A stretch of DNA of 64,000 bases, from positions 1-64,000 of the IMG/VR virus record IMGVR_UViG_3300044259_000026; one strand, written 5' to 3'. The notes beneath the pieces were generated by a model. That model did no database searches, had not been told where the DNA came from, and worked only from the letters and a program-made list of their open reading frames with translations. Positions 63,517 to 64,000 of the stretch are shown here, piece after piece. Source of the DNA: a virus. Its lineage: Duplodnaviria; Caudoviricetes. The stretch's first letter is position 1. Each line of letters opens with the position of its first letter. The position numbers and the translations under genes were made by a program.

Positions 63517-63843
63517 TTACTCCTTAGAGTCTTCAGGACGCAGCAGACTTGTGAAGCGCTGATAGGCTTCGTTGTAGTGAGCAGCATGACGCTCGGACTT
63601 CAGGCAGAACTTGTCGGCCTTGATGGCGAGAGATGCACGTTCCTCGGATTTCTCCATGATGAGGTTCTCGATGAAGGTCTCTTTGTCTGCGATCTGACGG
63701 ATGCGTTGGTTCTCAGCAGCTTGACCTACGAACGAGGTGGCCATGCCTACAGCAGTGGATACAGTATCCAGAGTTGCAGTCACGGTATTTGCAGTCGAGC
63801 TTACGGTGTTGAGCAGAGCGCTGAAGGTCATACGAGTGGACAT
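63517..63843 (-). CDS. N4 gp1-like early protein
   Basis: FSALLNTVSSTANTVTATLDTV...QRIRQ; first gene after the first vRNAP promoter. Confidence 0.8.
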   Translation of the reverse strand: MSTRMTFSALLNTVSSTANTVTATLDTVSTAVGMATSFVGQAAENQRIRQIADKETFIENLIMEKSEERASLAIKADKFCLKSERHAAHYNEAYQRFTSLLRPEDSKE

Positions 63844-63875
63844 AGGATGGACTCCATTGATTGAGGGCATGATTG

Positions 63876-63895
63876 CCATACGATGCGCAGCATCG
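63876..63895 (-). promoter_or_regulatory. vRNAP hairpin promoter (P1-like)
   Basis: Template (+) strand CC-ATAC-GATGC-GCA-GCATC-G; same spacing and GCA triloop as the P2-like site. Confidence 0.85.
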
Positions 63896-64000
63896 AAGTG
63901 TAATGAACACGGGGGTAGGGTCATGGAGTGTATCCAGTGTACCGGGGGGGTACTTGGCAATTGGGGCGGGGCGCCGGAGGTGTACAGTGCCTTGGAACAT

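Noticed and set aside
63944-63990. G-rich tract near the window end as a G-quadruplex or terminal repeat
   Set aside because: The second copy needed to call a terminal repeat is not in the window, and the G runs alone are not sufficient evidence
1-64000. CRISPR array, integrase, stop-codon reassignment or introns in polymerase genes
   Set aside because: No regularly spaced repeats seen; no recombinase motifs; the large genes are continuous in the standard code

Overview
About 64 kb of a lytic N4-like (Schitoviridae) podophage genome, shown reverse-complemented relative to the usual N4 map. The host is probably Pseudomonas (inference from gene content). The + strand (1-24649) carries late genes: lysis cassette, portal, major capsid, structural proteins, a virion lytic transglycosylase and a 3431-aa virion RNA polymerase. 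These are followed by three tRNAs behind a sigma70-like promoter. The - strand (25.0-63.9 kb) carries early/middle genes: N4 gp1/gp2 homologues with two vRNAP hairpin promoters, split RNAPII, gp17-like Ig protein, AAA/VWA pair, dCTP deaminase, ThyX, rIIA/rIIB, helicase, PolA, primase, SSB and RuvC-like resolvase. Two things stand out. (1) A non-coding locus at 46468-46683 (-) holds a 113-nt tRNA-like RNA with canonical D and T arms and CCA, but a 41-nt structured insert in place of the anticodon loop and an 8-position acceptor stem. It lies 5 nt downstream of an 81-nt hairpin with a 24-bp stem. (2) An early cluster encodes SLOG, NADAR-DUF4326 and macrodomain-like proteins that could together erase both known types of DNA ADP-ribosylation (anti-DarTG). 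All family calls come from motif recognition, not from database searches.
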